A DNA stretch of 64,000 nucleotides from Azolla caroliniana (Eukaryota; Plantae; Polypodiophyta): the NCBI GenBank assembly GCA_043228905.1, contig JBHGNT010000129.1, positions 1 through 64,000 of the forward strand. The letters are read 5' to 3'. Position numbers and translations under genes: made by a program. This document shows, piece by piece, positions 1 to 12,700 of this stretch (within the stretch, counting starts at the first letter, position 1; the number at the start of each line of letters is the position of its first letter). Below the pieces are notes generated by a model. That model worked only from the letters and a program-made list of their open reading frames with translations. It was not told the origin of the DNA and did no database searches.

Positions 1-197
1 AAGAGAGATAATTAAATAAGAAGAAAGAGAAAAGACACCAACAGAACTTTATATCAAATGCAAGGGCACAGAGAGAATTACAGAAAACATGATAAGAAGA
101 TATGAAACGAAGATAGACAAGAAATACCTTTACTGTCAATGGCAGATCAAGGGAAGAATTAAATAGGAGGGAGAGAGAGACATATAAAGAAGCTTAC

Positions 198-520
198 TAT
201 CAATGGAAGTGTTGACAAAGAGGGGAATGTCATCTTCAAGATCGATGCGGAAGACCTTGTGATGTTTGCAGTACTTTAGAATGAGCTCCTTCCATAGCTC
301 TATTTGTTTCTCTCTCGTATCCTTGACAGGTTGAAGCCTGGACAAAATAATTATATAATATAACTACGATCGATCTGAATTTACATGTAATTACGAGACG
401 CAAACCTTTGAAACAGGAGAGATAGATGTGTAAGAAAACGATGATGATGGCGAAGATGAAGACTTACGTGAAATAGGGTGGATACGTGAAGAAATAAGGC
501 CACTTGAAGTCCTCCTCCAT
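198..520 (-). CDS. VPS25: ESCRT-II subunit VPS25, first two exons (468-520, 198-337); gene continues off the left edge
   Basis: Spliced translation MEEDFKWPYFFTYPPYFT-LQPVKDTREKQIELWKELIL... matches the VPS25 N-terminal PPYFTLQP motif. GT-AG junctions keep the frame, and a CT-rich leader lies at ~600-620. Confidence 0.9.
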
Positions 521-1508
521 AGCTTTACAGATGCATCCTAGAGGTTTTTCAGATTCGAACTCCTGGCTTAGAAAACTATATGTCTGCAAAAACACAGCGA
601 GAGAGAGAGAGAGAGAGAAAGAAAGAAAGATATATTAACGTCTTTTAAGAGGCCAAAGTGGCCTATAAGACAAAATAAGAGAGAGAGAGATGCATAAAAG
701 AGCTCCTTCCTATAGAAAGAATAAGAAGAAGAAAGACATTTTCACTAAATTCACAAAATACCCCTCCGTTCTCCCAATCCTCAACACACCCACACACACC
801 CGGCATTGAGCACATTTTATCGCATGTGAAGAAACAATTGATATGAGTAAAATTACTTAAATACTTATTTGTTTCACGATATAGGAATGTACAATTGCTT
901 ATTTGCAAATTTATCAATACATGTTTGGGGTTCATAACTTAAGATTACTGATTTACTTGCATATTTTATTCATCTAACATGTACGTATTTATGTTACCTA
1001 AGGTTAAGAATTCAAACAACATGATGAACAGAACTCAAAACACCACATAGTTCAGCTTATAGCCTTTGTAAGCTTTATACAAGCTATTGCTCATTGGGAG
1101 TGCAAGAAACAACTTTATGTTTGACAAAATTCATGTGTGGAATTAGCTAAATTGTTAGCATGCCTTCCTTGTCTACCCACATTTAATGTGATAGAAAAGC
1201 AACAAAGCGGCCGAAATCATGCAGAAATTTCAGCTATATTAGAGACAAGTATTCCAAAAGAGATATTACATTACATTAAATCATGCATAGCATAATGATA
1301 TGTAAACTTAAGTGCTTGCATGGAAAAGAACCATAGGCAACCCCTGCAAAGGAATTTACATGTTTGTATCTTCTTTTACATGAATGGAAATGCATTTGGA
1401 ACATGGTGCTCATCTTCGTACACGAAGGGCATTTCTACTTTGGCAAATAGTCACAATCTTATCTTCTGCTATACGAACCATTTGATTGGGCTTGGTAGTT
1501 GAATTCTA

Positions 1509-4004
1509 TCAACCAGTATTCTTATGTAGGCCTGTTAATGATTGTCCAAGTGTTTGTGCAATGGCCATCGACATATTTTCTCCTTCCTTCTTATGAGGGA
1601 ACAACTCGGGAGGAAAATGCTGGCTCAGCCATAAATACAATGAAATCAATTTATACTTATCTTCGAGATCCATAAGTTGAAAATCGATCTCTGAAGAACT
1701 TGACGGTCTCCCTATCAATAGTTGAAGTGGGATCCTCTTACTATATGATCTAGCATACTGAAGAAGAGCTCCTACAGATTTTGGGTCTCTTGCACTCACT
1801 GGGGAGAAGCAAAAAGTGAACCTTTCTTCTAATGTTAAGTTCTCCACTGTATCGATTACAGATGCTATTTTCATTAGTTCTTTATTTTTGCAAAGAAAAT
1901 AGAATGCGTCTACCCGACTAGTTTCTATAAATTTTTCTAATAACTCCGAGAATTTCGCATTCGGCATATGATTAGCAAAAATCTGGAGTTGTTCACATGA
2001 AGGAAAAAGACCAGCATTACATGCATCGATAAAGGGTTGCGCTAAGCACAATTGTAGATGAGGTAGATCTGAAAGATGAAATGTGGTCACAAGTCCTTCT
2101 GGATAAAGGCTTCCTCGCCGCCCTGCTCTTCCAGCAATTTGCTTAATCAACGATGTAGGTATATTATTCATCAACTCTCCATTGAATTTCTCGAGAGTAT
2201 GAAATACTACTCTCCGGATGTTCAAATTAAGACCCATTCCGATTGCATCACTTGCAACCAATATATCATAACCACTTCCGGGTTCATTGAATAGTTTGGC
2301 TTGTTGTGCTCTTGTCTCTGGTGGTAAGGCTCCATAAACTACACAACATGGCTTTTGCGTGGCTCTTTCCACCGCTCTTTTGATCTCAAAAATGTCTCTT
2401 CGAGAAAAGGCAACGATGCAATCACCTGGCTCAACATTATTAAAGCTGCCATTCAAAGTATTTGTATCCACCCCTAACGGTTTAAATCGCTCATATGAAC
2501 ACTCACTCAATTCATCTCCTGTGGCTAAACAAATGTTTCTTACTACACCCAATGCACTAGGATCGCCACACAAGTGTATTTCCTCAGCTTGTAAGCCTAA
2601 TAATGCTCGGGTCCATGCCCACCCTCTATTTTCATCATTCAATAGTTGCACTTCATCGATCACCGCAACTTTCCAAACATTTTGTATTGATGCCATTTCT
2701 ACTGTACATGAAACATGGTTTGCAGAGGGCATTTCTTTCCTCTCTTGCCCTGTAATAAGACTACAAAGAACTCCTTTACTATTCGCATAATCATATACCT
2801 CCATAGCTAGAAGCCTTAGAGGGCTACAATAGATACCACTTGGCTCACATAGAAACCTTTGCAAGGCATTATAGGTCTTCCCACTATTTGTTGGTCCATA
2901 ATGATAGATAATCTTGCGCTTGATTGACCGAGCATATGGAAACACTGAATGTGGCTTAGTCATATTGGCTGATTCTAAAAGATCTGTAAATCTTCTTATT
3001 TCCTCGGGAAACTTCTCCTCACAGAATGCAACAAACATAGGAAATATGACTTTCTGTCTTATTTCTGAAGTATCCATACCTTGCAACTCTTTCTGCATTT
3101 CTAACGAAAATTTCTCAAGGAAATACATCTGAAAGGCAGGGGTGGCAAATGGAAAGAACTTTTCATTCACCAAAATTTCATCCTCCAAATCCTCATTAGA
3201 CTCAAAACATCCCTTTAGAAATGACATAATGTCATCTTTCTCAGAGCTCTGCTTTGGTGAATAGTGCATTGCTGACGCATTCACTGAGGAATCTTTATTA
3301 TTACCATTACATGAGAAAAATCCAATCTTCTCTGCCATTCCAACTTCATTTTCCCTTTCCCTTTCCCTTTCCTTGCCATTTCCATTTCCATTAAGAAGCC
3401 ATGGTGAGGCGCTGTCTTCCTTAGCATTTTCATTAAAAAACGGTGGTGGATTACATGAAAAGGAACCACTTTCATTACCATTTTCGTTACTATCTGATAA
3501 TGGCTTACATGAGGTGACATTCTTTCCCATACCATTATTTCCACTTGGAATACATGGTTTATCCCATGGAAAGCCATCATCTTTTTTACCTTTACTTTCA
3601 TGAAGCGTCAATGGAGGTTCACAGGACAATACATCATTTTCCTTACCACTGGTTCCACGAAGATTCCACGGCTTCTCACGTGAAAAGGAAACACTTCCAC
3701 CATTAGCTGAGGCATTGTTTCGCTCTAAAACTCTCCTGTTCAGAAGGCTTCTCAGAGTTTTACCGCTTATACTGATTGCCAGAGAGGAAGCATGAACAGT
3801 GGCATCTTCATCTTCAATCCATGACGATGAATTAAAACTGGAATAAAAGCATAAGGTACGAACTTGTAAATAAGCTTGATAGATACTGCGAAAACCATGG
3901 CTTGAGCTGTGGCAAGAACCTAAATCAATCAGAGAATATACCGGGCTTTGATTTCTGTATTGTTTTACTATATGTAAGGTCTTGGAAACCCTAAATTTGA
4001 GCAT
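1509..4004 (-). CDS. SUV3: SUV3-family mitochondrial DExH-box RNA helicase (DExH18/SUV3-like clade), single coding exon, 831 aa
   Basis: Motifs GPTNSGKT, PLRLLAME, DEVQ, ASDAIGMGLNL and QIAGRAGR. The basic/Ser-rich N-terminus resembles a transit peptide. Confidence 0.93.
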   Translation of the reverse strand: MLKFRVSKTLHIVKQYRNQSPVYSLIDLGSCHSSSHGFRSIYQAYLQVRTLCFYSSFNSSSWIEDEDATVHASSLAISISGKTLRSLLNRRVLERNNASANGGSVSFSREKPWNLRGTSGKENDVLSCEPPLTLHESKGKKDDGFPWDKPCIPSGNNGMGKNVTSCKPLSDSNENGNESGSFSCNPPPFFNENAKEDSASPWLLNGNGNGKERERERENEVGMAEKIGFFSCNGNNKDSSVNASAMHYSPKQSSEKDDIMSFLKGCFESNEDLEDEILVNEKFFPFATPAFQMYFLEKFSLEMQKELQGMDTSEIRQKVIFPMFVAFCEEKFPEEIRRFTDLLESANMTKPHSVFPYARSIKRKIIYHYGPTNSGKTYNALQRFLCEPSGIYCSPLRLLAMEVYDYANSKGVLCSLITGQERKEMPSANHVSCTVEMASIQNVWKVAVIDEVQLLNDENRGWAWTRALLGLQAEEIHLCGDPSALGVVRNICLATGDELSECSYERFKPLGVDTNTLNGSFNNVEPGDCIVAFSRRDIFEIKRAVERATQKPCCVVYGALPPETRAQQAKLFNEPGSGYDILVASDAIGMGLNLNIRRVVFHTLEKFNGELMNNIPTSLIKQIAGRAGRRGSLYPEGLVTTFHLSDLPHLQLCLAQPFIDACNAGLFPSCEQLQIFANHMPNAKFSELLEKFIETSRVDAFYFLCKNKELMKIASVIDTVENLTLEERFTFCFSPVSARDPKSVGALLQYARSYSKRIPLQLLIGRPSSSSEIDFQLMDLEDKYKLISLYLWLSQHFPPELFPHKKEGENMSMAIAQTLGQSLTGLHKNTG

Positions 4005-5150
4005 GATGCAGAGCTACTGACGTCTGCGCCATGTCTTGCCAGAGCTTTTCATAATCTCTCTGGATGCCCCTACAATTTTCATGATTTACACATTGCTCCA
4101 ATTAGAGAAAACAAACACGGTGAATCGTTAAAAGGTATTCTGGAGATTTTTATGACTTGTTGTTCATGTCTTGGTTTTTTCAAAGTTGATGTAGTGTAAA
4201 ACTCATTGGTACATCAGAAGATGCGGGCCACTTCTTCTCTAGACAAAGGGGTTGTTGGCACAAATATAAAAAATCCATGCCCTTTGATAGACATTACTCT
4301 GCCATGAAAATTTGGGGAAATTCCCTAATGACATAGAATTTGGGCATGGAAGTCCATAATAGAGTGGCACGAATCGATTGGCTTGCAGGATATATATTGA
4401 GATGAAAATCCATGGTAATGTAGGAGAAAATAAGTTGTTACAAAAAATAAATCCAATCTGCCTCATTAGTGCAAGTTACATAAGACATAATGCATGTTAT
4501 CCTAGCACCCATCCTCAAATCACTTCAGTTATTTGTAACTAAGGACAGCCGTACTTGCCTTGACCAGCATTCATAAACATCTTCATGTTCTTTCATCTTG
4601 TTTTGAGTTGTTTTCGATTCTCAATCACAGGTAAAAATCTCTATGGTTTTGCGTGGGTAAAGCATTTTGCCATAATGGTTGGTAATCACCACATTTTTTG
4701 TCTTGGTTTGTAAGTGTTGTAGTCATATGCTATTTTGTTGTTATATGAGTGGTTTTCTTCATCTAACGCTCTTATTGTGTGATACCACTTTCTTCAAAAA
4801 CCATACAAATAATTAACATTGCCAGAAATACCATATTGAAATAACACTGATGATGAAACTGCATCTTGCACAACAAAAAGGCAATCATTAACGAACCCAT
4901 ATGAGATATATTGTAATCAAGGCAAAAACCTCATCAACACTCTCCTATACATCGCTGGCAAGCTTGATGCAGAGATTACCAAATACTCCCAGCCCAACTA
5001 GGCCACATAAAACAAGATAAATTTGTTTTTTCTTTCTAAATGAGTATTTAGATGTACCCTGCTTAAGGTCAAAATTGAATACAACAAAACAAAATAACAA
5101 CTTGAAGCATACAACATCATAGCAGTGGATGGAATTGAGGAAACCATATA

Positions 5151-8100
5151 TTAGTCATCCTCATCAACAAACATTGAAGCCATCCTTAAAGCTAAGCTTG
5201 CTGCCATTTCTCTCCTCTGAAGATCTGACATCATGCGCCCCGTATCCCGCATTCGAGCCATTTCCGACATTAACCCTTCAAAGTCATTGAAAGAATGGTC
5301 TTGGTTTCTCCGCCCATGTTCATACACCCTTTCACGGCCTTCCAAATCTCTATTACGATTCTCACTTACTTGACCTCCGGAATACATTTCGGGAACAGAT
5401 TCGTTATCCATTTGAAGATTGTTAATAACTACTGTGTCTTCATACACTCTTTCATGGCCTTCCAAATCTCTATTATGATTATCACTTACTTGGCCTCCGG
5501 AATACCTTTCGAGAACAGATTCATTATCCATTTGAAGATTGTTAATAACTACCGTGCCTTCCGATGCTGTCATCAAGTCTTCTTCTTTGACATGTAGAAC
5601 TGCACCCGACACGTCAGGCCGTGTAACATTAGAAGATTCAAGACTCGTCGAAGTAGTAGTAGCATCGTTATCTATTTCATTCGATCTTTCATTTGATAGA
5701 TTGTTGCTCACTACTTGCTCTTGAATCTCCACAGACGCGCTTTCATAGAAGCTCCAAGGGCCCTCATCATTGTCCCAAAGGTCTATTGAGCCATTTGAGA
5801 GGAGCTCATATTCAATAACAATGGAACCTTCTTCACTACTTTCTTCTGTAAATGTAGATTTTAAAATAAATAGATTAGGAATGTGTTGGAGGGAGACGCA
5901 CAATTTGAAAACTTGAGTGAAAGAGAGGAACCTTCAGCATTAGGTGGAGATAGTGTGCCTTCCTCGGATTTTAGAATCATTCCTGGCCACATGTGCACTG
6001 AAAGGGCACCCCAAATTCGGCTCAATCCTTGGGAATCTCCATCAAGTGACATACCTGCCATCACTCATAATTGAAATTGAAGTAAGATACCCTCCATGAT
6101 ATCTGGACTTTCACATAATTGAACTAGCAAAGTGCTAAAACAAATAAGCAAAAATTGAAGCACAATAAGTCCTAAATCTATTTTGAACTTCAAGAAGCTT
6201 CTGTGTTATAAATGAATGATTAATATATTTTCAGACGTTGCCAAAATGAATTGAAAATAAGGTGCAAAATCTCCAACAAAATATAGAGCTACATACATTG
6301 ATCAAAGAGGAGATCAACAGCACAAGCCTCCAGATACTCGATGCCATGTTCCATGCACCATTCTACACGCTGGCTTCTCATATCATCCACAGGGTCTCCA
6401 TCATCTTGTAGCAAACTGCTTCCATCGCTTTGTTGGATACCAAAATCTGAGAATTCAGGATGTGGGTCACTCGATGATTCTCCTCGTTTTCGAAGCCTCC
6501 GTCGGTACTCCGAATGCCCAAAATGTCCGGGTAACCTATCCGCCTTATTTCCCACACAAAGTAATACCTCAGGTTGCGTGAGATCCATCTTCAACACCCA
6601 CTCTTGTATTTTCTTAAATGTTGAAGCCTGATACACCATTTATAATTTTTCAAAAGTGGAATATCGATCATTGAACTCCTTGAATCAAATATGTACACAA
6701 ACATTATTTTTTTTGAGTTTAATGTATCAACGATAGGGAATGTATGGTTGCCAAAAGTGCTCCTAAGTTGTTTCTATAAAACAAATAAAATTAGCCAGAA
6801 AATATCCCAAGTTCTTTGAGATTTTACTGGAATGGCTGCAACTTTCCCAAACACACCAAAATATTGTAAACACGTTATGGGTATTTTGGTATTTCGCCCT
6901 AAAATATATTTTGTTCATGCAACCTTAACTAATAAAAAAGAGCTCCAAATGACCAAATATAGTGTGCACTAAATGTTTGGACAATATAACATTTTTAGGA
7001 TCAAAAGAAGAAATAAAACTAAGCCTCTGGTATGTTCTGGCATTATACATGTAGGAATGCTTTTTCAAAATTATATTTCCAGCAATGTCAGATTTTTCTA
7101 TCAAGATTTCCTTAAATCCATCCAGTATTGCGCAATGACATTATAATAACAATATGTACCAGGTACAATATTTATCAAAGAATGGTATTTTGAAAATTGT
7201 TTCAGATATACCATTACTTGAATGAAATAGGAATTTCCCAAATAAGATATGAATGAACATTAAGTAGAATACTTACATCACTAAGGTCGAAAATGAGAAG
7301 GAGCGCTTGGCAATTAGAAGATTGAATATATTCTTTGACATTTTCATTTGATTCATCATCAGTAAAACTAGCGGTGGATATGCACACATCCACTGTGTAA
7401 TACTTTGTATCAATGGTCCAACTGCCAAAATGAAGAGGTTAGTAAGAAATTCAAATGTTTTCAATAATAACAGATCAAGCAAACAAAACAAATAGTTTAC
7501 ATGGACATCAAATGAATGATTTAATACCCATGACATAATAGTCCAGAATTAGAGAATGGCAATCCTCTTGACTTTCCCATTGCAAGTAATCCTGTCAGAA
7601 ACAGTTTCAAAACCTTCATGGATTTAACGTAAGGAACTTCCAAATGAAATAACGCAACTACTACCTAATCAAACAGAAAGAATGGGACAAATTTTCAGAA
7701 GTCAGAAAGAAATTATTGTACCACACTTTCAAATGAAAAGAAATCACAAAATCTTTCACATCATATAGACAATTTACAAATAAGTAAACAATCAACCAGC
7801 AACAATGATTGCAGAAGAAAAAAAAAACCTTCTCCAAAAGAGCAAAATTGAAAGACTTCGGAACAAATTTCAATTCATATCAAACATATACGAATAAGAA
7901 CTCAATTAACCAACCACATGCACATATAAAACTAATACTTCTTCTAAACATTAAAATCAAAAGACTTAGGAACGACATTCACATCATATAGAAAATGTAT
8001 GATATTAGAAAACACACATAAAAACTAACTCTTCTACTATTGCAAAAAATCAAAACGCCTTACATAAAAACTAAGAGCTATCTTGAGATTAAAAAAATTA

Positions 8101-8524
8101 AGTGAAAGAGTTTAATTAAATAGACCTAGCATAATAGGATGAAAGAAATGAATGTTTTTTTCTTCCAAAAATTTATTTGCAAATGAAAACCATTAAGACG
8201 AGAAAAAAAAAGATAAAAAAACAAACATCTCTTAAGGTATAGGGTAAAGGAGAAAGAACATGAACAAATAATGTCTAATGTTGGTGAAACATGATAAAAG
8301 AAAGAAAGACTTGATAAAAGCATCACGAACACATTTGATATATCCAAAACAGCGTTGAAATTTGAGGAATAAGAAGAAGAATGATTACTTTGAAGAATAG
8401 TCCGTTTTCCAACATTAGGGGGACCGATCAGAAGAATTCTCGACCAATTCTGGCTAAGAGGCGTCAAATCCTCTGCTTCTGCTTCTGCGTCTGCATCTGC
8501 ATCCACCGGAATTTGAATACCCAT
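5151..8524 (-). CDS. AAGAB: Alpha/gamma-adaptin-binding protein p34 (AAGAB)-like; six exons 8389-8524, 7528-7591, 7277-7421, 6297-6627, 5932-6054, 5151-5845
   Basis: P-loop-like GPPNVGKRT, then WTIDTKYYTVDV, LLCVGNKAD, IWGALSVHMWPGM and a C-terminal DLQRREMAASLALRMA. All junctions are GT-AG and phase-consistent. Confidence 0.88.
5320..5556 (-). repeat. In-frame 120-bp (40-aa) tandem duplication in the last AAGAB-like exon
   Basis: TVVINNLQMDNESV..YSGGQVS.N.NRDLEG.ERVYE occurs twice at 120-bp spacing. Confidence 0.9.
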
Positions 8525-9108
8525 CCTCGCTTATAATAGCGAATAGAATAGAACCGAACAGAGAGATCTACCAGAGAAGATGAAGGGGGGAGAGAGAGAG
8601 AGGGTTTTCGTCTTCAGTCGTGTGTGTAAGTAAGTAAGTTGTGGCATTATTATTGTTGGCTTCTAAGTTCTGAGGTTTGAGTGTACATACATACATACAT
8701 ACATACACTATTTTGGACCATGGCCCTGGCCTTAATACAAAGACCAGAAAACACTTAACATTCGCAAGGTTCCCAATCTATGTACATTTGGGCATGATAT
8801 TGTTCTTCTTCCAATCTTACACTAATCACACACGATTCATGGAAAGATTAAGGGAAAGAATGGATTAAGGGTGCCTCACTTCACCATACTGGCCGACCGC
8901 CCCTGAGCCATGACCAGGACACGAAAATAAACGAATCCCATTAGTGTCTCCTACCACCAATCATGTTATACCTCAAGAGTCAACCGATTACAACATCTTT
9001 CGATGTCGTCATTATATGACTAAACTCCTTTGGCACTCCGACCGTCACATGTCCTAGATCTCGATAGGGTTGTTCCAAGTCCAAGGAAAACCAATTTTCT
9101 ACTTATCC

Positions 9109-9730
9109 TTAGCAATGGGCCCGGTTCGGTTTCTTGGCCTTGAAACCAAACCATTTATTAATAAAAAAAACCGAACCAAACTGTTTTAAAATTTATGAAG
9201 CCATTTAAACCAAACCGTTTATGAAAAATTTCAAACCAAACCAAACCGTTTCCATTTACGAAAAATTTAAAACCAAACCAAACTAGTTTATCATAAATCA
9301 AAACCAACCAAACCAAACCATTTTTTATTGATATTAATCATTATACTTATTATAAATTTGTGTGAGAAAATCATCATAAATTTTGTCATCATACTTATTA
9401 TAAAATTTGTCATCATACTTATCATAAATTTGGTCATCATACTAATTATAAATTTGATCATCATACTAATCATAAATTTGATCATCATACTTATCATAAT
9501 TGATCATCATATAAAATTTAATAAGTTAAAACAAGAGTTTAAAATTAAAAGTTGAAAGTTATAGCTTATAGAAAATATTTATGAGTATTTTATAACCTAT
9601 AAACCTTTGAACCGAACCACATAAACAAAAACCGATAAGCCGCTAAGCCGGTCAATTCAAAACCGAACCGAAACCGATTAGTAACATTCGAAACCAAACC
9701 AAACTGTTTAGTTATCTTTGAACCTACATT
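9109..9730. mobile_element. Degenerate MITE-like element with AAACCG-type subterminal repeats and an internal ~24-bp minisatellite (~9330-9520)
   Basis: Clusters of aaaccg/aaccaaacc flank repeated atcatacttatcataaatttg units. The ends are not resolved. Confidence 0.5.
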
Positions 9731-12700
9731 GCACTCTTGTTGTAACAAATCAAATTTAGGGAAATTACATTACTCTAATAAAGGGAGGTATTGTTAACAT
9801 TTTGTAGGCTTCTTTTTTACATAAGTCGAAGCATAAGATGGTTTTTTACATAAGAAGATAATGAGAAAATAAGAAACATCTAAGATTGACATTGAATCAA
9901 AATGGTGTCACCTCACAGTAATGCATATGCATGCATGCCTTTTGGCGATCATGCATCCGACTATGCGAGGTGACAACATCTTGCAATATTTGTAGTGTAT
10001 GGCCTAGACAATCTATGAAAAGTTTAAACTTATCATTGAATTTAATTTGTTGAAATCCAGCTAATTCTATTAACTAATCAATAAGAACCCATGTAGAGTC
10101 ATCATCTTTGTATCACAATAGAGGTGAGATGAAATGTCTTCTCCTGTTTCCTCTATGTACATTTCTCAAGTAATATACTAAGGTGTATCTTTCTTTTAAA
10201 AAAGAAAAAAGAAAAAAAAGAACCCATGTAGAGTCATCATCTCTTTGTGTTTGAGGTAGATCAACAATAAAATTTAGAGATACTTGCAATTATTAGTAGG
10301 AATACTGAGTGATGTAAAAGACTTGCATTTTAAATTTGTTACACCTTATTGAATAGACACTGCAAACATTTGGTTACACAATTTTGTAAGTCATGAAGTA
10401 ATTCAAATCATAATTGTTTTTTGAGATTAGCATGAGTAAATGTATTCCTCGTACCCCAACTACACGTGTATCATGTCATTGAAAAATAGTTTTCCTTTTG
10501 ATCTCAAGAAAATCTAGAACACAAATCTTCCCATTTAAAAAAGTAAACCTTAGGAATGTGAAAGCTCAACTTTGAGGTCATAGTTATTTTAATTATATCT
10601 AAACTAGATTAAGCTTTCATATGTATCTTTGAAAAGAATTTTCATCAAGTTTTTTCCTCAACATTGATAAAAAAAAGAGAGAATTCCTTAGCTCAATGAA
10701 GGTAAGCATGTGAACTATGTGTATCAACAAACATTGGATTAAGGGAATTAATGATTTCCTATTCCTTAGTTTTAAGAAGCCTATACGACTTAATACTTCC
10801 AATCTAGAATATTGTTCATAGGCCAAATGTAGATAAGAAACATAACCATACTATAATTTGTGAAGAACTACACTTTATTAGATAGGAATGACTAATGGCC
10901 AATGGACTTGTAATGCAGAAAGGGATTCTTTAGGGTTCCAACTTGTATAAAAGGGTAAGAACTTTCACTTATAAAAGGGCCTTTGAATGCCCCAACTTTG
11001 GGGCTATTTTCCACTAACAAAACTTTCCAACATGTAGCTTTTCCATACAAAATAATCAAGATGTACATGTTTTTTTACTTAGCAATTATCTATTTAATTG
11101 AAAACTTCATATGTTTCTTACTCAATGATTATCTATTTAATTAAGACTAAAATATTTCTTGATTGTTGTGGTGATTGGGTGCATGTTAATTTTAGATTGA
11201 CTTAAGAAGCCTTCAAGGATTCAATGGTTACATGAAGTAGAGAATTTGAAATATATTGGACTTGTTAACTTCTCAAGATCTTCCAAGGACTTCATATTTT
11301 CATATTGCATACACATTCCATTTTAAACCACCAAATGGAGTTTTGGATGACCTTATACTGAAAGGCATTCTTGTCATGCACAATATTTTTTATGGTTTCT
11401 TGTTAATAAACATCGACAAACTATAGACGATGTAAAGCATGAGAGCTACATGTCCTCGCACAATAAAAGCAACATGGAAGAAAGAGAAGGTTGAGTAACT
11501 TATTAAACAACTAAATGCTTCCAAGATGAGCAATGATTAGCAAACATTTCAAGAAGATGGCTTCTTTAATGGTTAATGAGGAGTTTTCGAAGCCAAATCA
11601 ATTTCTACTTGATGGAATGAGTCATTTCACCTCCAACCCATACTTTTATGGAGAACTATTAGTGCATTGGAGTGCACGTCACTAGTCACTATGCTAGATG
11701 TTTCTTCTTTTTTCCAAAAAAAAAACTACTTCCATTAGTTAAGCAATGTACAAAGGATAAGTTACAACTCATATCTTACAAGACATCTTGCATGTCAAAG
11801 GAAAACAATATGTGTAGATGAAACAACAACAAAAAACAACTCCAAAGCACCACATCATTCGATGTGTATAACATTACTCGAACGCATATTCTCCACGTGA
11901 GCCTCATACAAACAGAATTCAGCATAGATGTCCTCCATTCACTCCTCATGGTAGCACCCATCTAGATGTTAGGTACACTTGGAGGGAACAACCACCGTGG
12001 TGCTAGATGTTTCTTCTATCTAGCCCTTTTCTAGTATGTGCTATACTCAACTGTGATTGATAATTGAGGTTACACATTCAAGGATGGGTTATCACATTTA
12101 TTACAAATAATAAATTCCATTATTGTAATGCTATCGTGAATGTCTAAACAAAATCCCCATTCTACAAGGTTTAAGCATCATTCATGAATGTAAATAGTTT
12201 TTTGAATATCGTTAATTTCTATTATTATTTATGTAATTAGACTATATAAATTAATTGGGATAAAGGTTGAATCTTTGCCATTTCCCTTTGCATGTGTGTA
12301 TGGATACATGCTCATGAAGATGAATCAAGAGGTACATGCACATGCTCATGCATATGCATCAAGAGGGTCCATACAATGTTTTGATGTTATTCGATATTGC
12401 CAATGACTTATGTTTGACATTTGGTGATGGGTGGGATTGCTTGTTTGTCTTACTAAGTGTATATGTGTTGGGATGATAGATCATGAGACCTAAATATGTC
12501 ATAGTGCACATAATAATAAAAGTAATGATATCTTGTTACTTCCATTATTATATCAATATTATGTACAATGATAACTTATGAGTGTATTTACAAAAAGAAC
12601 CATGCTCTATTTGTTGGGACTGTATTCAACACTATCCACTTTTGCTTTCTTACTTTTCACATGAACAAAATATATAAATGTGCTTATGGCAAGAGAGGCT

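Noticed and set aside
1509-4004. Intronless SUV3 as a retrogene
   Set aside because: As I recall, the DExH18-type paralogue is intron-poor in other plants. No poly(A) or TSD is visible.
9291-9555. Ile/Met-rich ORFs or a CRISPR-like array
   Set aside because: This is a head-to-tail 24-bp minisatellite without unique spacers, in eukaryotic DNA.
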